From: an uncultured Lachnospiraceae bacterium
Lineage (GTDB): Bacteria > Bacillota > Clostridia > TANB77 > CAG-508
NCBI GenBank assembly: GCA_964616165.1
Contig: CAZTTS010000005.1
Coordinates: forward strand, 15,651 to 79,650
DNA: 64,000 nucleotides
Direction: 5' to 3'
Of the stretch, positions 30,649 to 41,437 are shown piece after piece. Both the position numbers and the translations under genes were made by a program. Within the stretch, counting starts at the first letter, position 1. Each line of letters opens with the position of its first letter. Below the pieces are notes generated by a model, which had not been told where the DNA came from, searched no databases, and saw only the letters and a list, made by a program, of their open reading frames with translations.

Positions 30649-31455
30649 TTAATATTTATCTAAAAAATTATAATATTTACCCTTACTTTTATACTGTATA
30701 ATTGCTCCTAAATGAACATTCTCTGAAGATCTATATATACTTTTTTTAACATTAGGATTTAGTTTTTCTAAATCAGCAATTATTTCTTTAATAACAGTTC
30801 TTTTAGAATTATCCATCCCTTCTTGATTAATTGGACATTCAGGATTAACAAAATTTAAATTGTTGTATTCCTGCCATTGTATAATGCTTTTCTCTTCTAC
30901 TAAACAAAGTGGTCTGATCAATTGCATTTTTTCAAAATTATCACTTTTTAGCTTTGGCATCATTGTTTTATACTGTCCGCCCCACAATACGTTTAAAAGG
31001 ATTGTTTCTATTATATCATCCATATGGTGTCCTAAAGCAATTTTGTTGCATCCTAGCTTTTCTGCAGCCTCATAAAGTGATCCTCTTCGCATCCTAGCAC
31101 ACAAATAGCATTTTCCTCTTATTTGTTGTTTGGATACTTTAAAAAAGTTTGTTTCATAATCATGAAGAGGTATTTCAAAATACTTTGCTAAAGATAAAAT
31201 TTCTTTAGTAATATCAGCAGGATAACCAGGATCCATATATATGTATTCTAATGTAAATTTTATTTTACCATGTTTTTGAATTTCTTGCATACATTTAGCT
31301 AATATAAATGAATCCTTGCCACCTGAAATACATACGGCTATTTTATCATTTTCTTCAATTAAATTATACTTATCAACTGCTTTTGCGAACTGTCTATATA
31401 TATTAGGTCTAAATTTAGTAATTATACTTCTTTCTATCTCTTTTATGCTATTCAT
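30649..31455 (-). CDS. ttcA: tRNA 2-thiocytidine(32) synthetase TtcA-like PP-loop ATPase
   Basis: PP-loop CISGGKDS, CxxC (GKCYLCAR), GHHMDDIIETILLN...MMPKL. Confidence 0.8.
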   Translation of the reverse strand: MNSIKEIERSIITKFRPNIYRQFAKAVDKYNLIEENDKIAVCISGGKDSFILAKCMQEIQKHGKIKFTLEYIYMDPGYPADITKEILSLAKYFEIPLHDYETNFFKVSKQQIRGKCYLCARMRRGSLYEAAEKLGCNKIALGHHMDDIIETILLNVLWGGQYKTMMPKLKSDNFEKMQLIRPLCLVEEKSIIQWQEYNNLNFVNPECPINQEGMDNSKRTVIKEIIADLEKLNPNVKKSIYRSSENVHLGAIIQYKSKGKYYNFLDKY

Positions 31456-33109
31456 CTATTTTCCCTTTTGCTACTATTTTTTCTTTATTTGTTTTTTTAT
31501 GTGTTTTTCTTTCTTTTTTAGCTTCTTCTATATTTTCAACTTCTTCTTCTATGTCAATACGTTCTGGAGCTGATAATAAAAGAATTACTGGACTTGATAT
31601 TAATAAATCTTTCTTTTTTTCTCTTTTAAATATTTTGGTAAAAACACCTTTTATTTTGTTAAATATTTTCTTAAAGAAATTATATATATTATTAAATGCT
31701 TTGACAAAAGACTTCTTTATATCTGAATTTATTCTTGTTCTTTTAATTTTATTTATATCAAAACTTAATTTTCTTAAGAAAACCTTAAATATATTTCTTT
31801 TCTTTGTTTGTCCAGATTTTCCCTTTTTAGTTTCTTTTCTGTCTTTCTCTTCTTTTCCTTCTTTTTTTCTTTGCTTATTTTGTTTTATTTCTTTTTTTGC
31901 TTGTTTAACTTCTTTTTTTATTTTGTCTTCAGGAACTTCTTTTGCTTCTATTAAAAGGTTCTTATTTATATATTTTTTTAGATTATTATGTTTTTTATTA
32001 GTTTTAATTTTATTTAACCCATTAGGTTTAAAATATTTATTATTTAAATAGTTTGGAGCTAATTTTTCTAAAAATTCAAAAATTGCTTTAGTATATCTTT
32101 GCGAATCTAATTCTGACAAATTATGTTTTAACAAATCAAAATTTAATACTTCAGATATAATAAAATATTCAATCAAGTCATAACTTTCTGTATAATTTTT
32201 AGGTGATCTTTTATATATTTCTAAAATTTGTTTAAGTTTTAGTTTGCTTTGAGTAATAATATTTGTTAATTGATCAATATCTTTGTCTTGTTTAATATAT
32301 TTTATATCTTCTTTTTCTTTATATTGACAAATAGCTGTATCTTTAACACAAGTGATGTTTTTAATCATCGGTAAGAATTTATATATATCCATTTTTGTAT
32401 CAATAAGTGAAGAAAATATATATAAATTTTTTACCCAAAATTCCTTTTTTAGTATTACATTAAAACCCTGTATATCAATTTCAGATAAAATTTTATTTTT
32501 ATAATTTATATCTAATCTTTGAATAGATTCATATATATTTGAAGTAAAATATTCAAAACCTTTAGTTTTCAAATACAAATTATTTGAATTATCTTTAGAA
32601 TAAGATGAAAAATCAAATATTAAACCACTTTCTTTTAAATCTATTATATAGCCTCTATTTTTATGTTTGTTTTTTTCTTTAAACTTTGACTTCATATTAT
32701 TGTATTTTTTATATACTTCAGATAAAGATATATCATCTAGTATTTTAATATAATCATAAATAATCAAATCATAATTAAATTCTTCTTGTAATTTAAAAAA
32801 TTCATAATATGTATTATCTAAAAGTAAAGTATTTTGATCTATTATATGAATATATCTTCCTTTAGCTTGCTTAATAGCTATATTTAAAATCTCATTAAAA
32901 TCCTTATTTTCTTCTTGAACAATAAAGAAATTATTCGAGCTAGAATATTTATTAAGTATATTTAAAAGAAAAACATCTATCTGAGTATTATTTTTTTGTG
33001 ATACAAAAATCACTTCATATTGCTTAAAATTTTGTGATACAATGCTTCTAATACAATCATCTAAATGTTTATCATAATATTTAATTTTAATAATAATGCT
33101 TAAGTTCAT
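31448..33109 (-). CDS. Degenerate GT2-like protein with long K/E-rich C-terminal low-complexity tail
   Basis: N-term LSIIIKIKYYDKHLDDCIRSIVSQNFKQYEVIFVSQ resembles the GT2 Rossmann start but lacks the DD(G)S motif. Last 170 aa are extremely Lys-rich. Confidence 0.4.
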   Translation of the reverse strand: MNLSIIIKIKYYDKHLDDCIRSIVSQNFKQYEVIFVSQKNNTQIDVFLLNILNKYSSSNNFFIVQEENKDFNEILNIAIKQAKGRYIHIIDQNTLLLDNTYYEFFKLQEEFNYDLIIYDYIKILDDISLSEVYKKYNNMKSKFKEKNKHKNRGYIIDLKESGLIFDFSSYSKDNSNNLYLKTKGFEYFTSNIYESIQRLDINYKNKILSEIDIQGFNVILKKEFWVKNLYIFSSLIDTKMDIYKFLPMIKNITCVKDTAICQYKEKEDIKYIKQDKDIDQLTNIITQSKLKLKQILEIYKRSPKNYTESYDLIEYFIISEVLNFDLLKHNLSELDSQRYTKAIFEFLEKLAPNYLNNKYFKPNGLNKIKTNKKHNNLKKYINKNLLIEAKEVPEDKIKKEVKQAKKEIKQNKQRKKEGKEEKDRKETKKGKSGQTKKRNIFKVFLRKLSFDINKIKRTRINSDIKKSFVKAFNNIYNFFKKIFNKIKGVFTKIFKREKKKDLLISSPVILLLSAPERIDIEEEVENIEEAKKERKTHKKTNKEKIVAKGKIDE

Positions 33110-33155
33110 TATTCTCCTAAAACATAGTCTTTACCTCTAAATTTTCTTTTGTAAA

Positions 33156-33455
33156 TTAAATAGACAAATCTTTATTGACAAACACTTTTTCATAAATTTC
33201 TTTAAGTTCAGGGTCTTCTAAAATTTTTTCTTGACGATTTAATTCTTCTTCTAATCTTTTTTTAGTTGCACTTCCTGAAGGATCTAAAAGATGTTTCTTT
33301 TGAGAAGCTGATTTTTGAACATAAACTATAAACCCTATAATTAAGACAATAAGAATAGATGCTCCTATTATTGTCCCTATTAATAATTTTTTTTGATTTA
33401 ACTTCCCTAATCGTTTTGTAATTTTATCATAAATGTCCATTTTACTCCTCCTCAT
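33156..33455 (-). CDS. Small single-TM protein, unknown function
   Basis: One TM segment (LLIGTIIGASILIVLIIGFIVYV) and a charged C-terminus. Start may be the internal ATG (MDIYDK). Confidence 0.4.
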   Translation of the reverse strand: MRRSKMDIYDKITKRLGKLNQKKLLIGTIIGASILIVLIIGFIVYVQKSASQKKHLLDPSGSATKKRLEEELNRQEKILEDPELKEIYEKVFVNKDLSI

Positions 33456-33507
33456 ATGCTATTTCTAATAGATTTATTCTTTGCTATTATATGTTTTTAA
33501 ATAAAAG

Positions 33508-35574
33508 TTAATTTGCTTTTTTAGGTAGTTCAATATCTTTAAAAAACTCCGCAAATTCATCTTCATTTATTTTTTCTTTTTTTAGTAATACTTGAACTAT
33601 TTCATGTACCTTTTGTTCATTATTCATTAAAATTTCTTTAGCAGTCCTATATTGTTCTTCAACAATTTGTTTAACTTCTAATCCCACTTCTTTCGTGATT
33701 TCTTCTCCAAAAAATGCTAATTCTTTGGTGTGATCAAAGTCTAAAGAAATTGGTCCAATAGTCGAACTCATTCCATATACTGCAATCATATTTTTAGCTA
33801 TTTCTGTGGCTCTTTCAATATCATTACTTGCACCAGTAGATATATCTCCCACAAATAATTCTTCAGATGCTCTACCTGACATTAAAGAAATAATTTGTTC
33901 TAATAATTCAGTTTTAGACAAATATGATTTATCTTCTTCAGACTTATAACTAGTATAGCCACCAGCCATTCCTCTTGGAATTATTGATAATTCCTTAACA
34001 GCTGTTTGTGTTGGTAAAAATGTAGATACAAGAGCATGACCCACTTCATGATATGCTGTAATTAACTTATCTTTTTTAGATATAACTCTTTTTTCTTTCT
34101 CTAATCCTATTAATACCTTCTTTACTGCCTCTTCTATATCATCTCTAGTTATTAATTCATGTTCTCTTCTTGCAGCAATAATAGCTGCTTCATTTAAAAT
34201 ATTATATAATTCGGCTCCAGTAAATCCTGAAGTATCACCTGCTATTTCTTTAAAGTCTACGTCTTCTGCAAACTTTTTATTTTTTCCATGTAATCTTAAT
34301 ATTTCTTCTCTTCCTACTAAATCTGGAGTAGGTATAACAATAATTCTATCAAATCTCCCAGGTCTTAATAATGCTTTATCTAGCATTTCTGGTCTATTTG
34401 TAGCTGCTAGTACTATAACATTTTCATCAGTATCAAAGCCATCCATTTCAACTAGTAATTGGTTTAATGTTTGATTGTTTTCAGTTTCAGCTCCTCCAGC
34501 TGCTGCTGTTCTACTTGATCCAATAGCATCTATTTCATCAATAAATATTATAGATGGAGCAATTTTTCTAGCTCTATCAAATAATTTTCTTACTCTTGAA
34601 GCTCCTAATCCTGCAAACATTTCAATAAATTCAGAACCTGACATTGATATAAATGGAACAGATGCTTCTCCTGCGATAGCTTTAGCAATTAAAGTTTTTC
34701 CAGTTCCTGGTTTACCAAATAATAATACACCTCTTGGAATTTTAGCTCCCATTTTTTCAAACTTTTTAGGATTTTTTAAGAATTCTACAACTTCAATTAA
34801 TTCACCTTTTTCTTCATCTAAACCTGCAACATCATCAAATTTTATACCAGTATTTCTGTTTTCTTGATCATCATAAATCTTTCCTTTATCTCCGAGTCCT
34901 TGCATTTTGATTATCATTATAAATAATATAGCAATTAAAATTGTTGGTAAAAATGTAAATAATGTTGATACTATTCTACCAAATGCTGATTGATCTTTGA
35001 TTTCAAATATTATAGTATTTCCACTGTCTATTTCGTTTTGAACAACTTTAACAAATTCATCTACACTTGGTAGTAGTACTGTAACTGTTCTTTTTTTCTC
35101 ATCATTCTTTATTCCAAATAATTTTAACAGTTTTTCTTTGTCTTCTTCTCTTTTAATTTCTTCAAGAGTTTTTTCTCCACTTTCTTGATCTTCTTCAAGT
35201 TTTTGTTTCATTTCTTCTTCGTAAGCTTCTTCAGTCTTAATAACAGTAACAGCATAAGAACCTTTGGTCATTTCAATTCTTTCAATCTTGCCTTCTTTTA
35301 TATCATTTATTAAATTATTATAATTATATGTTTCTTCATCTACTTTATCTTGAGTTACTAATTTAGTTACAAAAAATACTGTTAATAAAGCCGTTATAAT
35401 TATTACAAATATAATTATAAGCCTAAATAACTTTTCTTTGCTAGAAGGCTTTTTGTTCCTTTTACTTTTTTCTTTTTTGTCTTCTTTTTTTCCTTCTTCC
35501 ATAAAAGCTTTATTATTTTGATTTTCCAACTCTTCTTTATTTAATTCTTCATCTTTTTTTATTTCTTCTTCCAC
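33508..35574 (-). CDS. ftsH: ATP-dependent zinc metalloprotease FtsH
   Basis: AAA+ Walker A GKPGTGKT, SRH, zinc-binding HEVGHAL. 688 aa with K/E-rich N-terminus. Confidence 0.95.
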   Translation of the reverse strand: MEEEIKKDEELNKEELENQNNKAFMEEGKKEDKKEKSKRNKKPSSKEKLFRLIIIFVIIITALLTVFFVTKLVTQDKVDEETYNYNNLINDIKEGKIERIEMTKGSYAVTVIKTEEAYEEEMKQKLEEDQESGEKTLEEIKREEDKEKLLKLFGIKNDEKKRTVTVLLPSVDEFVKVVQNEIDSGNTIIFEIKDQSAFGRIVSTLFTFLPTILIAILFIMIIKMQGLGDKGKIYDDQENRNTGIKFDDVAGLDEEKGELIEVVEFLKNPKKFEKMGAKIPRGVLLFGKPGTGKTLIAKAIAGEASVPFISMSGSEFIEMFAGLGASRVRKLFDRARKIAPSIIFIDEIDAIGSSRTAAAGGAETENNQTLNQLLVEMDGFDTDENVIVLAATNRPEMLDKALLRPGRFDRIIVIPTPDLVGREEILRLHGKNKKFAEDVDFKEIAGDTSGFTGAELYNILNEAAIIAARREHELITRDDIEEAVKKVLIGLEKEKRVISKKDKLITAYHEVGHALVSTFLPTQTAVKELSIIPRGMAGGYTSYKSEEDKSYLSKTELLEQIISLMSGRASEELFVGDISTGASNDIERATEIAKNMIAVYGMSSTIGPISLDFDHTKELAFFGEEITKEVGLEVKQIVEEQYRTAKEILMNNEQKVHEIVQVLLKKEKINEDEFAEFFKDIELPKKAN

Positions 35575-35577
35575 TTA

Positions 35578-36753
35578 TTATGCTCCTTCTACGATTTCGT
35601 CTTTTTCTTTTTCTTTTTCTTTTGTTTCTTTTTTATCTTTTTTGTCTTTTATTTTTTTTCGTTCTTCACGCTTTTTCTTTTCGCTTTTTTCTAGTTCTTC
35701 TAATGTTGTCTCTGTGATATCACTTAATACTTCAGATAAGTCTTCAACTGTTTTTATAACTTTAATCTTTGCATACTTGCTCTTAATTATTCTTGTAGCT
35801 ATAAGTATATATCCTAAATAGATTAATAAATAGATTACTAAATTGCCTATAGGTAGTTTAAGAATATTTAATTGTGTTAAAATTGAGAATAATACATATA
35901 TAATTAATGGCATTGACATTAAAAATATAGTCATTCTATTTATTCTTTTGAAATCATAAGTTTTAACTCCATAAACTGTTAAAATCGTAATTAAAAATCT
36001 GCCTGCAAAAAATGAAAAGAATATTAATACTACTAGTATAATTAATGCTGCTGTAATACCTGATAAAAATGCAATTGCTTTATATTCTAATAAATTGTCT
36101 AAAAGATCAACAATTCCCTCTTTATTTATCTCCTTATCAGTTAAAAAGTGAAAGTTAGAATATTCAAAAGAATCACCAGGTTCAGCATATACAGTATCTT
36201 TAGTAAATAGAACATACTGATCTACATCATCTATTTCAGATTTGTATTTGTCTCTAATATCAAAAAGGCTATCTATTGTATTTATAATTATTAATCTTCC
36301 GGTATTTTCTTCTGAAAAACTTATATCAATATCACCAATAATTTTTCCTTCTTCAAATTTAAATTCAGATAGTTCTATAATTTGATTTCTAACATTCTTA
36401 GTTCTTTCAGTCATTGCAAAGCCTAAAGAAAATCCCATTATAATACTTAAAGTTAAAAGTAAAATTAATATATATGATACCCAACTAGTTCCAGATTCAA
36501 CTGAAAGATGTAGTTTGTTAAGATTAATAGTTGAATAGTAAAATGTCTTAAAAAAATTAACTTTCTTTTTGTTTTTTTCATCTTTTTTGTTTTTATTAGA
36601 GTCTTTAACTGAATCTGAATCCATATTTGTATTCACATTTTCTTTGTCTTCATTATCATCTAGCTTCAATGAAGAAACTACAACTTTAACTTTATCTTCA
36701 TTGTTTTTATCTTCTATAATCTTTTCATCTTTCTTTTTTTCTTTATTTTTCAT
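35578..36753 (-). CDS. Membrane protein with K/D/E-rich termini, unknown function (translationally coupled to ftsH)
   Basis: Several TM segments; 4-nt gap to ftsH; overlaps the cysS stop. Confidence 0.45.
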   Translation of the reverse strand: MKNKEKKKDEKIIEDKNNEDKVKVVVSSLKLDDNEDKENVNTNMDSDSVKDSNKNKKDEKNKKKVNFFKTFYYSTINLNKLHLSVESGTSWVSYILILLLTLSIIMGFSLGFAMTERTKNVRNQIIELSEFKFEEGKIIGDIDISFSEENTGRLIIINTIDSLFDIRDKYKSEIDDVDQYVLFTKDTVYAEPGDSFEYSNFHFLTDKEINKEGIVDLLDNLLEYKAIAFLSGITAALIILVVLIFFSFFAGRFLITILTVYGVKTYDFKRINRMTIFLMSMPLIIYVLFSILTQLNILKLPIGNLVIYLLIYLGYILIATRIIKSKYAKIKVIKTVEDLSEVLSDITETTLEELEKSEKKKREERKKIKDKKDKKETKEKEKEKDEIVEGA

Positions 36754-38171
36754 TTAATTCCCTTTGTTTTTTTAATAATACTATCATCTTCATTATCTAT
36801 TACTTCATAACCTTTTAAGTTAATTTCATCTCTTAATTTATCTGCTAAAATATAATCTTTGTTTTTTCTAGCTGCATCTCTCTTGTTTTTTAATTCTATA
36901 ATTTCTTCTGGGATTAAAATTTCATTTTCATCTTTTTTATTATAATCTTCTTTATCTAAATCCAATGCTAAAAATTTATCAAAATTTTTTAATAGTTCAG
37001 CTATTTGTCTGCTTTTTATATTATATCTGGCTGCTTCCCATACAACAGACAATGCAACTGTTACATTCAAATCGTCATTAATAGCTTGTAAAAATTGATT
37101 TTTCCACTCTTCTATTTTAAGTAACATTTCTTCATTAATATTATTACCCGCATTAATATGTTCATTATATAATTTTCTAAGTCTTTGAAGAGAAATTTTA
37201 GCAGAGTTTAAAGCTTCAAAAGTAAAATTAGTTTTAAATCTATAACTTGAAGAATAAACAAAATATCTAAAGTCTAAAGGAGAATAACCCTTCTCAATTA
37301 AATCTGTAACATAATATACATTACCTAAAGACTTACTCATTTTTTCATTTTCAACAACTAAAAATTCTGAGTGCATCCAAAAATTAGATGGTATTTCACC
37401 ACTATGTCCCTTAGATTGAGCAATTTCATTTTCATGATGATATCTAATATGATCTATTCCACCAGTATGGATATCAAAAGGCTTTCCTAGATATTTCTCA
37501 GAAATAACAGAACATTCTAAATGCCATCCCGGATACGAATACCCAAAAAAACTATCCCACTTCATAATATGATTTTCTGGTGCTTTAATCCATAAAGCAA
37601 AGTCTGTAACATTTTTCTTTTCTGAAATATCAGATATTCTTTGTTTTTTATTTATATCCTCTATTATAATTTTAGATAATACTCCATATTTATCTAATTT
37701 AGATGTATCAAAATATACGGTTTTGGAAGTTTCATATGCATAACCTTTTTCCAATAAGTCTTTAACATATTTTTCCATTTCCTTAATTTCATCTGTAGCT
37801 CTTATAACCATCTCTGGAACTTCAATATTTAGTAATTCAGCATCATCAAAAAAGAATTTTTCATAGTATTCAGCTATTTCTTTTGGAGATTTCCCTTCTT
37901 TTATAGCTGCTAAAATCATTTTGTCTTCACCTGCATCTCCATCAGAAACCAAATGTCCTACATCAGTTATATTCATAACTTGTTTAACTATATAACCATT
38001 ATATTTAAACATTCTTCTTAAGATGTCATTAAAAATATATGTTTTGAAATTACCTATATGTGCTCTATCATAAACCGTAGGCCCACATGAATATATTTTA
38101 ACCATATCTTCTTTTATTGGTTTAAATTCATCTTTATTTTTAGTTAATGTATTATATAAGTATATTTTCAT
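36750..38171 (-). CDS. cysS: Cysteinyl-tRNA synthetase
   Basis: Class I HIGN (CGPTVYDRAHIGNF) and KMSKS (KMSKSLGN) motifs, 473 aa. Confidence 0.95.
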   Translation of the reverse strand: MKIYLYNTLTKNKDEFKPIKEDMVKIYSCGPTVYDRAHIGNFKTYIFNDILRRMFKYNGYIVKQVMNITDVGHLVSDGDAGEDKMILAAIKEGKSPKEIAEYYEKFFFDDAELLNIEVPEMVIRATDEIKEMEKYVKDLLEKGYAYETSKTVYFDTSKLDKYGVLSKIIIEDINKKQRISDISEKKNVTDFALWIKAPENHIMKWDSFFGYSYPGWHLECSVISEKYLGKPFDIHTGGIDHIRYHHENEIAQSKGHSGEIPSNFWMHSEFLVVENEKMSKSLGNVYYVTDLIEKGYSPLDFRYFVYSSSYRFKTNFTFEALNSAKISLQRLRKLYNEHINAGNNINEEMLLKIEEWKNQFLQAINDDLNVTVALSVVWEAARYNIKSRQIAELLKNFDKFLALDLDKEDYNKKDENEILIPEEIIELKNKRDAARKNKDYILADKLRDEINLKGYEVIDNEDDSIIKKTKGIK

Positions 38172-38179
38172 AATATCCT

Positions 38180-41100
38180 TTACGGCGTTGGTGGAGGCTC
38201 ATTTTCATCGTCATCATCGTCATCATCACCATTATTATTTTCTAATTCCTCTTTTATTTCTATTATTCTTTGAACAGCATTATTAAGCTTTGTTTTATTT
38301 GCTTCAGAAATTAAATTTTTAATTGCTGAACTAAGTGCATCATACTTAGATTTTGCATTATTCACTTTTGCTTCATCTTCTATTGTTAAAGCACTAATTT
38401 CTGGTAGAGCTTCAATTAAGTCAGATATTTCTTTAGCTTTCTTTGAGTTATCCGCTTCAATTTTAGCACATTTATCACATTTCTTGGTTGGTGCCTTATA
38501 TTTTCGGTCAGCAGCTACTAAATTATTATCTTTCTTTAAAAACACTTTTTTTATTGTATTTTTACAGGCAGCAGAAGGAAGTAAGCCTGAAACTTTACAC
38601 ACTTCTACTTCTTCATGATGTTCACATGTTTCTGTTGGCTCAGTACCTTTTACAAAATATTCAGTATATACTCTTGAACCTCTAGGATCCTTTTTACAAT
38701 ACTTACCAGGCAACATACCTGAATCTCTACACACTGCAACTTGAACTATCCCATCTGGTCGCTCAAATTCTCCTCCAGATTTATAATATTTAGCATGAAT
38801 TGCTCTCATATTATTTCTCCAAATTAAACCTGCTGGATTGATACCTCCCCAATAAATATGTTCTGCAACATCAAAACCATACCATACTGCTGCAGTAAGT
38901 TTTGGTGTAAACCCACAAAGCCATCTGTCTTTATCGTCATTTGTTGTTCCTGTTTTAACTCCTGTTTCAAAACCTGATACTTTTGCATAACTTCCAGTTC
39001 CTTCAGCTCCTACAACAGTTGAAGTCATCATTTTTTGTAAAATAAAAGCATTTTGCTCACTTAAAACTCTTTCTTTTTTCTGTTGCGGTTTTAAAACTAC
39101 TTTACCTGCAGAATTTTCAACTTTTAATACAAAAGTAGGTTCAATAAATTCTCCACCATTAGCTATAGCAGCATATGCGCCCGCTACTTGTGTAGATGAA
39201 ACACCATATGTTAAACCACCCAGAGCTAAAGAAGCAATATTTTTATCTGCTTCAACTATTCTAAAGCCTACGGATTCTAAAAACTTAGCTGATGTTTCTT
39301 CTCCCATTTCTGCAACTGCTTTTAAGAAAATTATATTATTTGAAACTTCAATTCCTTTTCTAATATTAGTATATCCTCTATAACCATACCCAAAGTTATT
39401 AAACCCTCCAAAAGGTGTATCATCAAAAACTGTAGCAGCAGTCATACCACCACTTTCAAGAGCGGGTGCTGCAACTCCAATAGGTTTCATTGAAGATCCT
39501 AGTTGTCTTAAAGTTCTTGTTGTTCTATTCCAATCACCTTTTGTCATTATAACATCTGAACCTAAACCACCAACAGCAACCAAAACTTGTCCTGTTTTAT
39601 GATCAATAATTGTCATAGAAGCTTGAGATTTTACTCCTTTTTTCAAATTACTATTCAGCCTATAATAGCTATCTTTCATATCATCTTCTGCAATTTTCTG
39701 CATACCAGAATTTTGAGTAGTATATATTTTATATCCTCCATTATATAATTGTATTTCAGCTAATTCTCTAGTTATTTCTTTTTCTTTCATAAGCATTTCT
39801 ACAACTTCATCAATTGCTGCATCAGTAATATATGAATATTTTAAAGTTGACTTTGATTTTTGCCCATGACTGAATTTAAAGCCTTTTTCTGTTTCAGCTA
39901 CTGCTTTTTCATAGTCTTCTTTAGATATCCATTTTAAGTCTTTATATATTTTATTTAAAACTGTTATAGTTCTATTTTTAATTTCTTCTCTATTGTTTTC
40001 TTTAACTTTATCTAATTTAGCCTTTTCCTTCTCTTTTTTAGATAGTTTTTTATTATCATCTATTTCTTTAGCTTCCTTTTCACTTAAATCATCAATAGAC
40101 AATAGGAATGGATTATACGCATTTGGCATATGATTAATACCTGCCATAAATGCTGCTTCAGCCATTGTTAAATCTTTTTGTGATTTACCAAAGTAATAGT
40201 CTGAACCCAGTGCAACACCGTGAATATTATCTCCACCAACAAAAATTACATTTAAATATAGCTCTAATACTTGTTCCTTTGTAATTTCTCTTTCTACTTG
40301 TAGAGCTCTTGTAATTTCTCTTAATTTTCTTTCCCAACTTCTTTCATCATCTTCAGTAATATTTTTAATTAATTGTTGTGTAATAGTACTAGCACCATAA
40401 TCAGATTGACCCCTTTTAAGCAAATATGATACTGTTGCAGAAATTGTTCTTTTAAAGTCTACACCTTTATGTTTATAAAATCTTTCGTCTTCAATAGCAA
40501 TATACATTTTGGGTAGATATTCTGGCATTTCTGACAATGTTACTATTTCTCTTTTTTCATCATCAACTAGTGTAGCAACTAACTTTCCAGATCTATCATA
40601 AACCGTTGAATTTTCATTAGCAATTATTAAATCTTCTTTTGTTAAAGATTTATCTTGTCCAAAAACTCCAAAAATATATGCAAATGCTAAACCTACAAGA
40701 AGTAAAAATACCGCTAAGAATATTGATACAAGCCATTTTAAAATTAATTTAAATTTACTCTTTGGCTTCTTTCTTTTTTTACTTTTTTTCCCTTGTTTTG
40801 TAGGAGCTTTTTTAACATTCCCTTTGGTTGACCTAGTTTTCTTATTCGGTTTTTTTCTTTTTCGACTACTTCTTGGCATATTTTCATCCTCATCTATTAT
40901 ATTCTTTTTAGAATCTTTAATTATTTTATTATCTTTTTCTTCATTATTATCCATATACATTTTGTTTAAATTAGGAACATCAAAGTTTAATTCATTAGTT
41001 TCAGAATTAAAAATCTTTTTATCTTCCTTAGATAATTTTGACTCTATTTCTTGAACATTAATAATTTTAGTGGCATCTCCACTCGGAATATATCTGTCAC

Positions 41101-41221
41101 CAAATTGTTCTTCTAATTCTTTTATCCTTTGTAACTGTTTGTCTGCTAATTCATTTATTGAATCTTTGTCTTGAAGTTCTTCATCAACTTCCTTGCCTTT
41201 ATTGTCCGTTTTTTTGCTCAT
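38180..41221 (-). CDS. Class A penicillin-binding protein (PBP1A: transglycosylase + transpeptidase) with extended termini
   Basis: Glycosyltransferase motif EDERFYKHKGVDF, transpeptidase motifs SSMKP, SNN and KTGTT. K-rich N-terminal extension of about 150 aa; Cys-rich C-terminal module and a poly-Asp tail. Confidence 0.9.
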   Translation of the reverse strand: MSKKTDNKGKEVDEELQDKDSINELADKQLQRIKELEEQFGDRYIPSGDATKIINVQEIESKLSKEDKKIFNSETNELNFDVPNLNKMYMDNNEEKDNKIIKDSKKNIIDEDENMPRSSRKRKKPNKKTRSTKGNVKKAPTKQGKKSKKRKKPKSKFKLILKWLVSIFLAVFLLLVGLAFAYIFGVFGQDKSLTKEDLIIANENSTVYDRSGKLVATLVDDEKREIVTLSEMPEYLPKMYIAIEDERFYKHKGVDFKRTISATVSYLLKRGQSDYGASTITQQLIKNITEDDERSWERKLREITRALQVEREITKEQVLELYLNVIFVGGDNIHGVALGSDYYFGKSQKDLTMAEAAFMAGINHMPNAYNPFLLSIDDLSEKEAKEIDDNKKLSKKEKEKAKLDKVKENNREEIKNRTITVLNKIYKDLKWISKEDYEKAVAETEKGFKFSHGQKSKSTLKYSYITDAAIDEVVEMLMKEKEITRELAEIQLYNGGYKIYTTQNSGMQKIAEDDMKDSYYRLNSNLKKGVKSQASMTIIDHKTGQVLVAVGGLGSDVIMTKGDWNRTTRTLRQLGSSMKPIGVAAPALESGGMTAATVFDDTPFGGFNNFGYGYRGYTNIRKGIEVSNNIIFLKAVAEMGEETSAKFLESVGFRIVEADKNIASLALGGLTYGVSSTQVAGAYAAIANGGEFIEPTFVLKVENSAGKVVLKPQQKKERVLSEQNAFILQKMMTSTVVGAEGTGSYAKVSGFETGVKTGTTNDDKDRWLCGFTPKLTAAVWYGFDVAEHIYWGGINPAGLIWRNNMRAIHAKYYKSGGEFERPDGIVQVAVCRDSGMLPGKYCKKDPRGSRVYTEYFVKGTEPTETCEHHEEVEVCKVSGLLPSAACKNTIKKVFLKKDNNLVAADRKYKAPTKKCDKCAKIEADNSKKAKEISDLIEALPEISALTIEDEAKVNNAKSKYDALSSAIKNLISEANKTKLNNAVQRIIEIKEELENNNGDDDDDDDENEPPPTP

Positions 41222-41437
41222 TTTATCCCCTTAATAAAACCAATAAATTTATATTTTTATTATATTATATATTGTTATAAAAATAAAGAATAAACTCTAT
41301 TTTAAAGTTATTAAATACCAATTTACTAAAAAATATTATATAACAAAAAAGATATTATTACAAAAAAAAGAACAAGAATATTTGTTCTTTTTAATATATT
41401 TTAAATTAGATTTTATTTTCTCTTTTTTATTTTTGTT

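Noticed and set aside
31551-32051. 166-aa + strand ORF
   Set aside because: Antisense to the 553-aa GT2-like gene; low-complexity hydrophobic translation.
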